A model generated the notes under the pieces. It did not search any database. It was not told the origin of the DNA and was given only the letters and a program-made list of their open reading frames with translations. Shown here in pieces: positions 46,283 through 55,266 of a stretch of DNA of 64,000 nucleotides. The stretch lies in the IMG/VR virus record IMGVR_UViG_2934384730_000002, positions 1 to 64,000 of that record. The stretch is one strand, 5' to 3'. Position numbers and translations under genes: made by a program. Numbering within the stretch: the first letter of the stretch is position 1; each line of letters starts with the position of its first letter. The stretch comes from a virus (lineage: Duplodnaviria > Caudoviricetes).

Positions 46283-46722
46283 GCGGCTGTCCTCGTGCTG
46301 GGTGCGTGCCAGGTGGCGGCGTTGACGTGGGTCTCCTGGACGTGGACGCGGGTGATGGCGGCGCCGGGGGCGCGGCGGAGGTCGAGGAGGGCGGTGTGGG
46401 CGACGTCGGCGAGGAGCGCGGCGACGTTCTCCACGGTCGGCCAGCCGGGCACCTGGTGGACCTTGGTGGTGTGGGCGCGGAGCAGGGGGACGAGCGGGTC
46501 TTGGGGGCCGAGCATGACGCCGTGGTCCAGGTGCTCATCGATCCACCGGCGGATGCGCTGTTTGAACGGGCCGAACTCGACCACGAGGCTGTCGGCGAGC
46601 TGGGGGGCGGTGACGGTGATCTCGGCCCACCAGGAGTGGCCGTGCAGGGACTCGCACTTGCCGGGCAGGTGCGGTAGGCGGTGGGCGGTCTCGAAGTTGT
46701 GGCGGACGGTCACGGAGTGCAC
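46279..46722 (-). CDS. queD: 6-carboxytetrahydropterin synthase
   Basis: FETAHRL..CESLHGHSW..LDH..PTVEN..ET. Confidence 0.95.
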   Translation of the reverse strand: MHSVTVRHNFETAHRLPHLPGKCESLHGHSWWAEITVTAPQLADSLVVEFGPFKQRIRRWIDEHLDHGVMLGPQDPLVPLLRAHTTKVHQVPGWPTVENVAALLADVAHTALLDLRRAPGAAITRVHVQETHVNAATWHAPSTRTAA

Positions 46723-46723
46723 G

Positions 46724-47413
46724 TCAGATCCTCTCGTTGGCGTAGGTGGTGGGGTCGGGCACGCCGGCGTCGGTGAACGCCTCGCGGCGCTCCACGCAGG
46801 TGCCGCAGCGTCCGCAGTGGGCGGTGCCGCCCTGGTAGCAGGACCAGGACAGGGCGAGGGGGGCGTCCAGGGTGGCGGCCAGGCGGGCAATGTCGGTTTT
46901 GGTGCGGTTGATGAACGGGGCGTCCACGTAGGGGGTGTGGAAGCCGTCGAGGGCGGCCGTGGTGGACGCTTGGAGGGCGGTGAGGAAGGCGGGCCGGCAG
47001 TCTGGGTAGACGTGGTGGTCGCCGGCGTGGATACCGAGGGCGACGACGCGTGCGCCGCGGGCGGAGCCGATACCGACGGCGATGTTCGCCATGATCGCGT
47101 TGCGGTTGGGGACGACGGTGGCGCGCATGGACTCGGCGGCGTAGTGGCCTTCGGGGACGTCCACGGTGGGGTCGGTGAGCGCGGAGCCGGGCATGAGCGC
47201 GCCGACGGTGGTGAGGTCCACGATGTGGTGTTCGGCGGCGTAGTGGGCGGCGACCTCTCGGGCGGCTTCCAGTTCGCGGGTGTGGCGCTGGCCGTAGTCG
47301 ACGGTCAGGAGCAGCAGGCGGTAGCCGCGGCGGTGGTAGTAGGCGGCGAGGGTGGTGGAGTCCATGCCGCCGGAGAACGCGAGGACAGCGAGCGGCTGGT
47401 GAGTGGTAGTCAT
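46724..47413 (-). CDS. queC: 7-cyano-7-deazaguanine synthase
   Basis: SGGMDS, YGQRH, VPNRN, YPDCR, SCY..HCGRCGTC. Confidence 0.95.
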   Translation of the reverse strand: MTTTHQPLAVLAFSGGMDSTTLAAYYHRRGYRLLLLTVDYGQRHTRELEAAREVAAHYAAEHHIVDLTTVGALMPGSALTDPTVDVPEGHYAAESMRATVVPNRNAIMANIAVGIGSARGARVVALGIHAGDHHVYPDCRPAFLTALQASTTAALDGFHTPYVDAPFINRTKTDIARLAATLDAPLALSWSCYQGGTAHCGRCGTCVERREAFTDAGVPDPTTYANERI

Positions 47414-48324
47414 GCGGGGACTTCCTTACGCATACGGAGGTAGTGGGCGGCGTGGAGAAAATTGCGGGTTTTGACGTCCGCCAGGTAGAGGACGGTCCCG
47501 GGGGCCTGCCACCCCCGGGGGGGCTGCACTTGGTGGCGGGCCTGGAGCATCGAGCCGTAGTGGCGCCATGCCTCGGCGGCGGCACCGAGCAGCATCCTTT
47601 GCTCTGCTACGTACGTGTCCCGCTCGCGGGCGGCTCGCTGACCGAATCCCGTCCGGGCGACCGCGGTGGGGTCCAGGCCGTGCGCTTGTAGCAGACGTGC
47701 GTGGCTGTGTACGTCAGCAGGCTGGTTCAAGGGGACGACTCGGATCTTGTGGGCACGGTCGTCCCACAGTGGGAGTCGGCCGTACCGCGTACTGGCAGTC
47801 CAAGAGGAGGAGTCGACGGAGTAGAACGGCAGGTTTACGTTCGCGGTATGGGCGGTCTGGCCGAATCCGTGGAAGCGGGTGCCGTGATGACGGGCGATGG
47901 CGAAGGCGCGCACCAGCCACCGCATGACCGGCTTGGGGGAGGCGGAGTGCGGCACCATGCCGCCGAGAGCGATGTAGGGGTGGCGGGCACACAGGTCCTC
48001 CAGAACGGACCAAGGGGTGCCAACGTGGAACGTGGGCAGTACAGGGTGGCCCGCGTCGTGGAGCGCTGCGGTGTTCGCAGCGGTGGCTTTGGGGTCGCCA
48101 ATGACGTCGAGGGTCGCCGCGGTGGTGATCAGGGGGCCCCACTCCCGGAGCCACGCGGCGTAGTCGGCAAGTCGAATGGGCGTTCCGAGCGTGGCGGCGG
48201 AGTAGGCGCCGGAGTCCGCGAACAGTTCTACAGGGCCGTCGTAAGCGGAGCGCAGGTCTGCGAGCAGGTCCGCCATGTCGGTGCGGGGGTAGTAGTGGAA
48301 GGAGGCCAGCACACGGAGAGTCAT
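47410..48324 (-). CDS. dpdA: DNA 7-deazaguanine transglycosylase, copy B
   Basis: FADSGAYS, LDVIGD, PTFH, ALGGM, HGFG, PFYSVDSSSW. Confidence 0.85.
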   Translation of the reverse strand: MTLRVLASFHYYPRTDMADLLADLRSAYDGPVELFADSGAYSAATLGTPIRLADYAAWLREWGPLITTAATLDVIGDPKATAANTAALHDAGHPVLPTFHVGTPWSVLEDLCARHPYIALGGMVPHSASPKPVMRWLVRAFAIARHHGTRFHGFGQTAHTANVNLPFYSVDSSSWTASTRYGRLPLWDDRAHKIRVVPLNQPADVHSHARLLQAHGLDPTAVARTGFGQRAARERDTYVAEQRMLLGAAAEAWRHYGSMLQARHQVQPPRGWQAPGTVLYLADVKTRNFLHAAHYLRMRKEVPA

Positions 48325-48328
48325 CGTC

Positions 48329-49237
48329 TTACCTCGGGGGCGGGGTCTGGCGGATGAGGCGGCGCAGCGGTTCGCGGTCCTTCTCGCCAGCACCGCCGAG
48401 TGCCAGGTAGACCTTGGTGCCGGTGTCCGCCTTGCGTGGGAGTGGCGGCGGGGGGACCTGGTGGCGGCGGGCGAGGGAGGTTTCCATGAGGCCGTAGGCG
48501 CGGGCTGCGGCGGCGGTGACGGCTGCCCGGTCGTCTGCGACGTCGCCCCGGCCGGGGCGCATGAAGTCGGGGTGGATGACCCGGGCCGGGTCGAGACCAT
48601 GGCGGCGGAACAGCTGTGCGTGGGGGCGGACCTCTTCGGGGTTGCGGAAGAGGACCGCCTCCATGCGCCAGGCCGCCGGGTTCCACAGGTAGGACAGGCC
48701 CCAGCGCTCCCCGAACACGTAGCTGGAGCTGTCGATGGAGTAGAACGGCAGGTGCTTGACGATCTGTGCCGAGGTGAGGCCGAAGCCGTGGAAGCGGGTG
48801 CCGTGGTCGCGGGCGATGGTGAAGCAGCGCACGAGCCACGCCATGAGCGGGCGTTGCTTCGCGGAGCCGACGGCGTGAAGGGCCATGCCGCCCAGGGCGA
48901 CGTACTCGTGGCTGGCGCACAGCTGCTCCAGGACCGGCCAGGGCGAGCCGAGATGGAACGTGGGCAGCACGGGCAGCCCGGCGTCTTGGAGAGCGGTGGT
49001 GTTGGCGGCGGTGGCCTCGTGGTCGCCGATGACGTCGAGGCCGGCCCGTACGGTCCACAGCGGTTCCCAGTCGCGGAGCCATGCGGCGTAGTCGGCGAGG
49101 TTGATGGTGGCGCCGGTGGTGGCGGCGGAGTATGCGCCGGAGTCCGCGAACAGGTCGACGTCCCCGCCCAGCTCGGCGACGAGGCCGGCGAGGTCGGTGT
49201 TCCGGTGGTAGTGGTAGGAGACGAGGAGCCGCATCAC
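48329..49237 (-). CDS. dpdA: DNA 7-deazaguanine transglycosylase, copy A
   Basis: FADSGAYS, LDVIGD, PTFH, ALGGM, HGFG, PFYSIDSSSY. Confidence 0.85.
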   Translation of the reverse strand: MMRLLVSYHYHRNTDLAGLVAELGGDVDLFADSGAYSAATTGATINLADYAAWLRDWEPLWTVRAGLDVIGDHEATAANTTALQDAGLPVLPTFHLGSPWPVLEQLCASHEYVALGGMALHAVGSAKQRPLMAWLVRCFTIARDHGTRFHGFGLTSAQIVKHLPFYSIDSSSYVFGERWGLSYLWNPAAWRMEAVLFRNPEEVRPHAQLFRRHGLDPARVIHPDFMRPGRGDVADDRAAVTAAAARAYGLMETSLARRHQVPPPPLPRKADTGTKVYLALGGAGEKDREPLRRLIRQTPPPR

Positions 49238-49926
49238 GCGGTCTCCGGGTCGGGGGCGGTGCGGGCGCGTTCCAGGAGGTAGCGGAAGCGCTCGGCGTCG
49301 TCGTTGGGGTTGGGGCAGTTGATCGTGAGGCCGTAGAAGGCGTCCCGGAGTTCCGGGGACACGCGGAACTTGAGGACGGGCCAGAAGTCGTCTGCTTCGG
49401 GGTCGCCGTAGGTGTCGGCCAGTTCCTCGAGGGAGGGGGGCGGGGCCACGAGGAGGTTGATGTCGGTGTCGGTGTAGCCGGTGCCCTCGTACCCGTCGTC
49501 ATCGAGGTACGACAGGAGTTCGGCGAGGGCGTCGCGGTCGTAGGTGCCGTCGTCGCTCGCCTTGTTGTCCACGAGGTTGATGCGGCGGGCGGTGTCGTCG
49601 TCGCAGATGATCACCTCGCAGCGGGCGGAGGGCGTCCAGTCCTCGCCGTAGCAGACGCCGCACGGCCGCTCCTTCCCCTGGTGGGTGGTGCGGTAGGTGC
49701 AGGCGCCGGGGCCATGGAGGGCGAGGGCCTGCATGGTGTGGTTGCCGGCGAGGACGACGAGCGGGCCGTCCGGCTGTACGTCGCGGACGACCAGGCCGCG
49801 GTACTGGCCGTTGCGCTTGAGGCTGTTGAGGATGAGCTCGACGTCCCCGCGGCGGGCGTTGCCGGGGAAGTGCTGGAGCTGGTTGAGGAGCAGGGTGTCC
49901 GTGCGTACGTGGGTGGCGGGTGGCAT
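49234..49926 (-). CDS. ParB-like N-terminal-domain protein
   Basis: PGNARRGD..SL..NGQY..VLAGNHT..INLVDNK. Confidence 0.85.
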   Translation of the reverse strand: MPPATHVRTDTLLLNQLQHFPGNARRGDVELILNSLKRNGQYRGLVVRDVQPDGPLVVLAGNHTMQALALHGPGACTYRTTHQGKERPCGVCYGEDWTPSARCEVIICDDDTARRINLVDNKASDDGTYDRDALAELLSYLDDDGYEGTGYTDTDINLLVAPPPSLEELADTYGDPEADDFWPVLKFRVSPELRDAFYGLTINCPNPNDDAERFRYLLERARTAPDPETA

Positions 49927-50005
49927 GGGCGGCTGCTCCTGGTCGGGTCGGGGTCGGCGGCCCAGGAGGATAAGCGCCCGCCTTGATCACATTCGGGGAC
50001 GCGGG

Positions 50006-50038
50006 AGGGCCCGCCCGGGCGGGTGCCGGGCGGGCCCT
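50006..50038 (-). terminator. Stem-loop terminator
   Basis: AGGGCCCGCCCGG/CCGGGCGGGCCCT. Confidence 0.6.
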
Positions 50039-50094
50039 GTGGTCAACGGGGTGTCAGGTGGTGCGGGTGGCGGGGTCGGGGCGGTTGCGGAGGG

Positions 50095-50784
50095 TCAGCC
50101 GCGGTGGCGGCGGGTGTAGGGCGGGAGGTCGCTGGTGATGGTGGCGGCGAGGTCGGCGGGGCGGCGCTGGCCGGGGATGTGCGCGCGGCTGGTGAGGTGG
50201 TTGGTGAGCCGGTCGGCCGGGACGATGAGGATGCCGCGGAACTCAAGCTGGGTGGCGGGGCGTCCGTGGGGTCCGATGAGCTGGGGGCCGTCCATGACGA
50301 CGAGCGGGGTGACGCGGACGCCGAGGACGCGGGCGACGGTGGCGGTCTCGTGGCGGAGGCCGTTGAGGCGGTCGGTGACGTCCTCGTTCCCGTGGAGAAG
50401 GCGGCCGGCGCAGATGAGGACCGGGCGGGCGGCCGACCACTTCTTGGTGTCGGGGAGGAAGACGGTCCCGGCCGGGCTGATGGCGAGGTGGTCGACGTTG
50501 GCGCGGCCGGTGGGTAGGGCGCGGTCGTGGAAGATCCTCCAGCCCGCGTGGGTGAGAGGGGCGAGGCGGGCGGCGGTGCGGCGTTCCCCGGCGGCGCCGG
50601 CGTCACTGCGGTCCGCGAGCGCGGCGGCGCGGGTGCGGATACCGAGGGCCGTGGCGAGGCGGACCAGGGGGGTACGCAGAGCACGGGCCCGGGCGGCGGC
50701 CGAGGCGCCGGCGCCGCGGCGGGGGCGGTGGGTGTGCCACCACCACGCGGCGGCGGCGATGGCGAGGAGGGCGGTTAACGTCAC
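50095..50784 (-). CDS. NERD-domain nuclease with N-terminal anchor
   Basis: GERRTA..IFHD..ANVDHL..DTKKW. Confidence 0.85.
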   Translation of the reverse strand: MTLTALLAIAAAAWWWHTHRPRRGAGASAAARARALRTPLVRLATALGIRTRAAALADRSDAGAAGERRTAARLAPLTHAGWRIFHDRALPTGRANVDHLAISPAGTVFLPDTKKWSAARPVLICAGRLLHGNEDVTDRLNGLRHETATVARVLGVRVTPLVVMDGPQLIGPHGRPATQLEFRGILIVPADRLTNHLTSRAHIPGQRRPADLAATITSDLPPYTRRHRG

Positions 50785-50814
50785 GGGTTCGGTTCCTTCG
50801 GGGTGTGGGTGGGC

Positions 50815-51125
50815 TCGGGGACATGGCCGGGGACGGGCTCCGGGCGGTGTGTCCTCGCACCGGGGGAGGTGTCCTCGCGGGTGTCCGGCGGGGCGCTCGG
50901 GGGCAGTCCCGGGGGCGGTTGTCTCCGTCGGTGGGCACGGGTGTCTCCGCAGGTGGCTACGGGTGTCCGCGCCAGGGGGACACGGTCCGAGCGGGGTGTC
51001 TCCCGACCCGGTGGCGGCCTGTCCCTCGACCTGGGGACGGGCGGGCAGTGGGGTGGGGCTGGTGGAGCGCGCGAGGGGCGGGGGACGCGTCCGGGGACAG
51101 GTGTCTCCCGGGTGGTGTCCCCCGC
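50815..51125. repeat. Intergenic array of GG(G/A)GAC(A) / TGTC(C/T)C short repeats
   Basis: More than ten copies in both orientations. Confidence 0.65.
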
Positions 51126-51146
51126 CCCTCGCGGAGGTGGCGGCGG

Positions 51147-51355
51147 TCAGGCCCCCGTGAACTCGTGGGGGTCCAGGGCGACGGGCAGGCCGTCCGGGTC
51201 ACCGTCGAGGACCACGCCGTACCCGCAGCCCTGGCCGACCGGGAGGCCGGTCACGGTGCCAGGGTGCCGGCGGGGGCGCCCCACGCTCCCTCCCACCCGG
51301 GGGCGAGGTCGATGGTGGTGCGGACGCGCTGCCCGATCGTGTACGTGGTGCTCAT
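51147..51355 (-). pseudogene. Frameshifted small SH3-like protein gene
   Basis: 209 nt; MSTTYTIGQRVRT..GTL continues as GTVTGLP..YGVVLD..DPHEFTGA after a 1-nt loss near 51260. Confidence 0.65.
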
Positions 51356-51419
51356 GCTGGTTGCTCCTTCTGTGCGGTGGCGGGGCGGCGGCCGTTCCGC
51401 CGCCCCGGGGGATGGGTGG

Positions 51420-52148
51420 TCAGTAGTGGGTGCCGCGGTAGAGGTCCGCGAGGAGCGCGGTCGCGTTGTCGGCCCGCTTCCCGTCGGCCTCGACGGCGGA
51501 CTCCACGACGGTGCGGGCGGCCTTCTCCAGGTCCCCGTAGAGGAAGTCGGAGAGCGGCACAAACGCGTCCTCCATCGGCTCGTAGGCGCCGTCGCTGGCG
51601 AGCCAGAGCCGCGCCCACTCGTCGCCGGGGGTGTGGGTGGTCTCCTCGACCGCGGGGTGGCCGTGGAGGGCCTGGAGCCCGGCGTCCGTGCTCTGTGCGC
51701 CGAGGGCGGAGGTCAGAATGTTCCGCGCACCGTACGGGGGGTAGACGCGGCGGTCGTTGTGGTCGTCGGTGAGCTGGACCGCGTCGAAATCCGACCAGAG
51801 GTAGGCGCGGGCGTCGCCGCACCACGCCACGGTGAGGGGCCGGCCGGGGACGGTGACGACGACAACGGCGGCGGCGTGCGGGAGGTTGACCCACGGGTTG
51901 TCGTGGCCGGGGCGGGCGGCGTACTTGGCGTAGGCGGCGCGCAGGCCGGCCCCGGCGTTCTGGTGGCGGGCGGCGAGCGCGGCGACCTGGTGGGCGGCGC
52001 CGCGGGTCCAGCGGGCCACTTCCTCGGTCGAGCCGACGCCGTCGAGGAGGGCGAAGGCGCGGACGCCGCCGGGGGCGGCGACGACGGTTGCGGTGTCGCA
52101 CTGCCGGGAGCGGGCACCGGTGTGCTTCGCGATGGCGTAGGTACGCAT
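51420..52148 (-). CDS. PP2C/PPM-family phosphatase-like protein
   Basis: LLDGVG, WCGDARAY, QLTDDH, LASDG, ADNAT. Confidence 0.85.
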   Translation of the reverse strand: MRTYAIAKHTGARSRQCDTATVVAAPGGVRAFALLDGVGSTEEVARWTRGAAHQVAALAARHQNAGAGLRAAYAKYAARPGHDNPWVNLPHAAAVVVVTVPGRPLTVAWCGDARAYLWSDFDAVQLTDDHNDRRVYPPYGARNILTSALGAQSTDAGLQALHGHPAVEETTHTPGDEWARLWLASDGAYEPMEDAFVPLSDFLYGDLEKAARTVVESAVEADGKRADNATALLADLYRGTHY

Positions 52149-52225
52149 GCGGGGCTCTCCTTGCTCACGCCGAGGGCGTGAGGGTAGAGGGCGGGCCGCG
52201 GTGGTGGCGGCCCGCTCCGGGTGGG

Positions 52226-52747
52226 TCAGGCGGGGACGGCGGCCGGGGCCGGGAGGAACACGGCGGCCAGGGCGTCGCGGTCGGCGCCGTGGGCGGCGAG
52301 GAGCGCGATCGTGGCGGTGAGCGTGAGGCGGACCCTGCCGCGCTCCTCGGTGACGAGGCGGCACCCGTAGAGGCGGGAGGTGGTGCGGACGTCGACCGGC
52401 TCGGCGTCGGCGCTGGTGCGGATGCGGAGGCGGGGGCGGTCCCGGTCCTGCTTGTCGAGGTAGGCGTGTGCGTCGGCCGACCGGGCGATGGCGTGGAGGG
52501 CGGCGAGGACGCTGGCGTGGAGGTGTCCGGCGGGGGTGTGGGGGGTGAGGACGACGGAGCGGGGCTCCTCAATCAGGCTGCCGCTGCCCAGGCGCCGGGC
52601 GGTCCAGGTGATGCAGGCGCCGCCGTCGGGGGTGGGGGTGACGGTGTAGCCGCGGTGGAGCGCGCGACGGATGAGGTGGGCGGCGTGGGCCTCGCTGGCG
52701 TGGCCCTCAGTGATGCCCCCGGAGTGGAGCACGGTCTCGGCGAACAC
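52226..52747 (-). CDS. Hypothetical protein
   Basis: AAGGAGG RBS. Confidence 0.7.
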   Translation of the reverse strand: MFAETVLHSGGITEGHASEAHAAHLIRRALHRGYTVTPTPDGGACITWTARRLGSGSLIEEPRSVVLTPHTPAGHLHASVLAALHAIARSADAHAYLDKQDRDRPRLRIRTSADAEPVDVRTTSRLYGCRLVTEERGRVRLTLTATIALLAAHGADRDALAAVFLPAPAAVPA

Positions 52748-52796
52748 GGGTCCTCCTTCGGGCCGGGCACCGCGGCGGGTGCCCGGCGGGTCGTTC

Positions 52797-53066
52797 TCAG
52801 GCGTCGGTGGGGATGCGGGCGGCGTTGCAGTAGTGGGCGATGAGGGCTTGTCCGGTGCGGGTGAAGGCTTCGCGGACGGTCATGCCCTCGCCGAGGCGGC
52901 GGAGGTAGGCGCGGCGGATGGTGTCCAGGACCTCGTCCGAGGTGATCCGCGCGCCGACGGCCTCCAGGTCGTGACCCTCGTGGCCGTCCTCGGCGATGAC
53001 CTTGGTGGCCATGGCCGCGATGTGGGCCACGGCGTCCTCGGTGGTGCGGATGCGGATGGTGGTCAT
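52797..53066 (-). CDS. Hypothetical protein
   Basis: RBS, directly behind predicted promoter. Confidence 0.7.
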   Translation of the reverse strand: MTTIRIRTTEDAVAHIAAMATKVIAEDGHEGHDLEAVGARITSDEVLDTIRRAYLRRLGEGMTVREAFTRTGQALIAHYCNAARIPTDA

Positions 53067-53113
53067 GGCGTACGCCCCTTCCCTGGCTGGCCGTTCGGCC
53101 TGCCCAACACCCC

Positions 53114-53150
53114 GATACTCGCACGGTGACTTTGCAAAGTCAACTTGCCT
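53114..53150 (-). promoter_or_regulatory. Early promoter with palindromic operator TGACTTTGCAAAGTCA (53127-53142)
   Basis: TTGACT-17-GAGTAT. Confidence 0.75.
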
Positions 53151-53250
53151 TTGGGGTGTTGCTGCGCAGCATGCTGCGGCGGGAGCGGCAGCCCTTCGGG
53201 GACAGCGTGGGGACACGCGGGGAGACGGTGTGTCCCCGCAGGTCACACGG

Positions 53251-53994
53251 TCAGGCCTGGTGGTCGGCCTCACCGGCCGGGAGCGCGCGCCGGTCCCCGG
53301 CGGTGAGCTGGTCCCCGGTGGCGCGCGCCCGTTCGTCGGCGACGATCCCGGCGTGGGCGGCGAGCATGGCGTCCGCGACCGTGACCCGGCCGTGGTTGCC
53401 GGCGTGCTGCGCCTCGGCGCGCTTGCGCTCCAGGCGCATACGGATCTGGTCGTGGGTGAGGCCCTGGCCGCGCATGTCGCGAACGGCCTTGGCCGTGATG
53501 GCGGCGGTCAGGGCGGGCAGCGTCCCGGTGAGCCCGTCCCGCTTGATCCGGCCGGCCTCCACCTTCGCGCCGATGGCGGAGGTGGCTGCGGCTGCCGCGT
53601 TCGCGCCGATGCCGGGGGCGTCCTGGATGTACTCCCGGACGTCACCGAGGACGCGCTCCTCAGCGGCGGTGCGGGCCGGGGAGGGGGCGGTGCGGCGAGC
53701 GGGGGTGCTCGCCGTGGCGGGGCGGACCGGAGCCGGGGCGGCCGGCCTGCGGGGCGGGGTGGGCTCCTCGGTGGTGAGCACGTAAAAGGAGTTCGAGTGG
53801 ACGTGGACGGTCCACTTGGCGCCGGGGGTGTTCTCGATGAGGACGGCGCGGCGGTTGGCCTCCCAGACCTCGAAGGCGCGGGCCGGGTCGACGGGGACGA
53901 GGTGGCCGGTGCTGGAGTCGTAGGCGCGGCAGTAGCGGGCGGCGTCGCGGACGGCGGTGACGCGCTTGGTCCAGTTGCGGCGGATGGTGGTCAT
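53251..53994 (-). CDS. Hypothetical protein
   Basis: GAGG RBS. Confidence 0.7.
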   Translation of the reverse strand: MTTIRRNWTKRVTAVRDAARYCRAYDSSTGHLVPVDPARAFEVWEANRRAVLIENTPGAKWTVHVHSNSFYVLTTEEPTPPRRPAAPAPVRPATASTPARRTAPSPARTAAEERVLGDVREYIQDAPGIGANAAAAATSAIGAKVEAGRIKRDGLTGTLPALTAAITAKAVRDMRGQGLTHDQIRMRLERKRAEAQHAGNHGRVTVADAMLAAHAGIVADERARATGDQLTAGDRRALPAGEADHQA

Positions 53995-54064
53995 GGGTCC
54001 TCGGCTTCCTGTGTGCAGGGTCGGGGGCCGGGCGCCGGTGGGGCGCCCGGCCGGTGGGGCGAGG

Positions 54065-54832
54065 TCAGGCGGTGAGGGTGAGGGTGTCCGTGTCGGGGGT
54101 GGCCAGGGCCTCCATGAGGGCGGTGGCGTCGCACTTGAAGGTGGTGCGGGTGGCCTTGCGCGGGGGGACCTCTCCACGGGCGGCGTAAGCCAGGGCCACA
54201 GCGGCGCCGTCCAGCACGGACCGCCCCGGGTTGCGCATGATCACGACGCGGCCGTACGTGCCGTTGGGGAGCTGCCGCAGCCAAGTGCGCTCCGCCTCCG
54301 CGAGCTTGGCGAGGTCCTTCGCCTGGCGGTCCAGGGCTGCGTACTGAGCCGCGTGAGCCTCCACGATCTCCACGGCGGGGAGCTCGTCGGCGGGGAGGAC
54401 CGGGTCGGCCTGGGGGGCCGGGGTGAGGGTGGTCTCTCCGAGGCGGGTTGCGATCTTCTCCACGGCGCGGGTGGCGGCGAGGGCGGCGCGGCGGGCGATG
54501 CGCTCCATGCGGCGCTCGGCGGTGCGGCGGGCGCGGCGGGCGGTGGCGGCCTCGGCCTTGCGGGCGCGGGCGGCGTCGGCCAGCTCGGCGAGGCGGGCTT
54601 CGCGGGTGGCGAGGCGGCGGGTGGCGGCGGCGATGCCCTTGCCGGTGCGCTCGGCGGCGCGGGCGGCCTTGCGGGCCTCGGTGCGGAGGGTGCGGGCCTT
54701 GAGGACGCGGGCGGTGGCGCGGGTGGCGGCGCGGGTGGCGCGGGCTTCCTCGCGGGTGGCGGTGGTGAGGGCGTCCTCGGCGTTGAGGAGGTTGGCGAGG
54801 TGGCGGGCGGCGGCGGCGGTGGTCTTGCTCAT
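54065..54832 (-). CDS. Ala/Arg-rich coiled-coil protein
   Basis: GGGAG RBS, behind predicted promoter. Confidence 0.75.
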   Translation of the reverse strand: MSKTTAAAARHLANLLNAEDALTTATREEARATRAATRATARVLKARTLRTEARKAARAAERTGKGIAAATRRLATREARLAELADAARARKAEAATARRARRTAERRMERIARRAALAATRAVEKIATRLGETTLTPAPQADPVLPADELPAVEIVEAHAAQYAALDRQAKDLAKLAEAERTWLRQLPNGTYGRVVIMRNPGRSVLDGAAVALAYAARGEVPPRKATRTTFKCDATALMEALATPDTDTLTLTA

Positions 54833-54881
54833 GGTGTGCTCCCGTCGTCTGCGGCCGGGCCCCTCGCCCTGCCTGCACCCC

Positions 54882-54920
54882 CATCTTGACACAGTGACTT
54901 TGCAATCTCAACTTGCTTTG
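54882..54920 (-). promoter_or_regulatory. Early promoter with operator TGACTTTGCAATCTCA (54895-54910)
   Basis: TTGAGA-17-CAAGAT. Confidence 0.7.
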
Positions 54921-54978
54921 TCTCTTTGCTTGGCGTGTTGCCTGACCGTGACGGTGACTCGGCAGCCCCCCAGGCACG

Positions 54979-55015
54979 GACGAGCCCCCGCCGGGCGTCC
55001 CGGCGGGGGCTCGTC
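54979..55015 (-). terminator. Stem-loop terminator
   Basis: 17-bp perfect stem GACGAGCCCCCGCCGGG. Confidence 0.7.
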
Positions 55016-55025
55016 TCAGCGCGTG

Positions 55026-55226
55026 TCAGTACGCGCGGCCGTCGGTCCTGACGCGGGAGCCGACGACCTTCCCGGGCAGCTCGGCGAGGGCGGCCCGCGC
55101 CGCGCGGGCGTGCACCTCGACGTCCGAGAGGCCGGCGGGACCGGTGAAGTCCCAGTAGATGGTGGAGAGGTCGGCACCGGGTGCGGTGCGGATCTGGACT
55201 TCGGTGGAGTAGTCCTGGCGCTTCAC
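55026..55226 (-). CDS. Small hypothetical protein
   Basis: AGGAGG RBS. Confidence 0.65.
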   Translation of the reverse strand: MKRQDYSTEVQIRTAPGADLSTIYWDFTGPAGLSDVEVHARAARAALAELPGKVVGSRVRTDGRAY

Positions 55227-55266
55227 GTGTCCTCCTGGTGACGGTCGGCGGGTCTGGTCGGTGGGG

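Noticed and set aside
44940-47413. Host queuosine tRNA-modification operon
   Set aside because: No queF or queA; TGT-like genes are DpdA-type and embedded among phage genes
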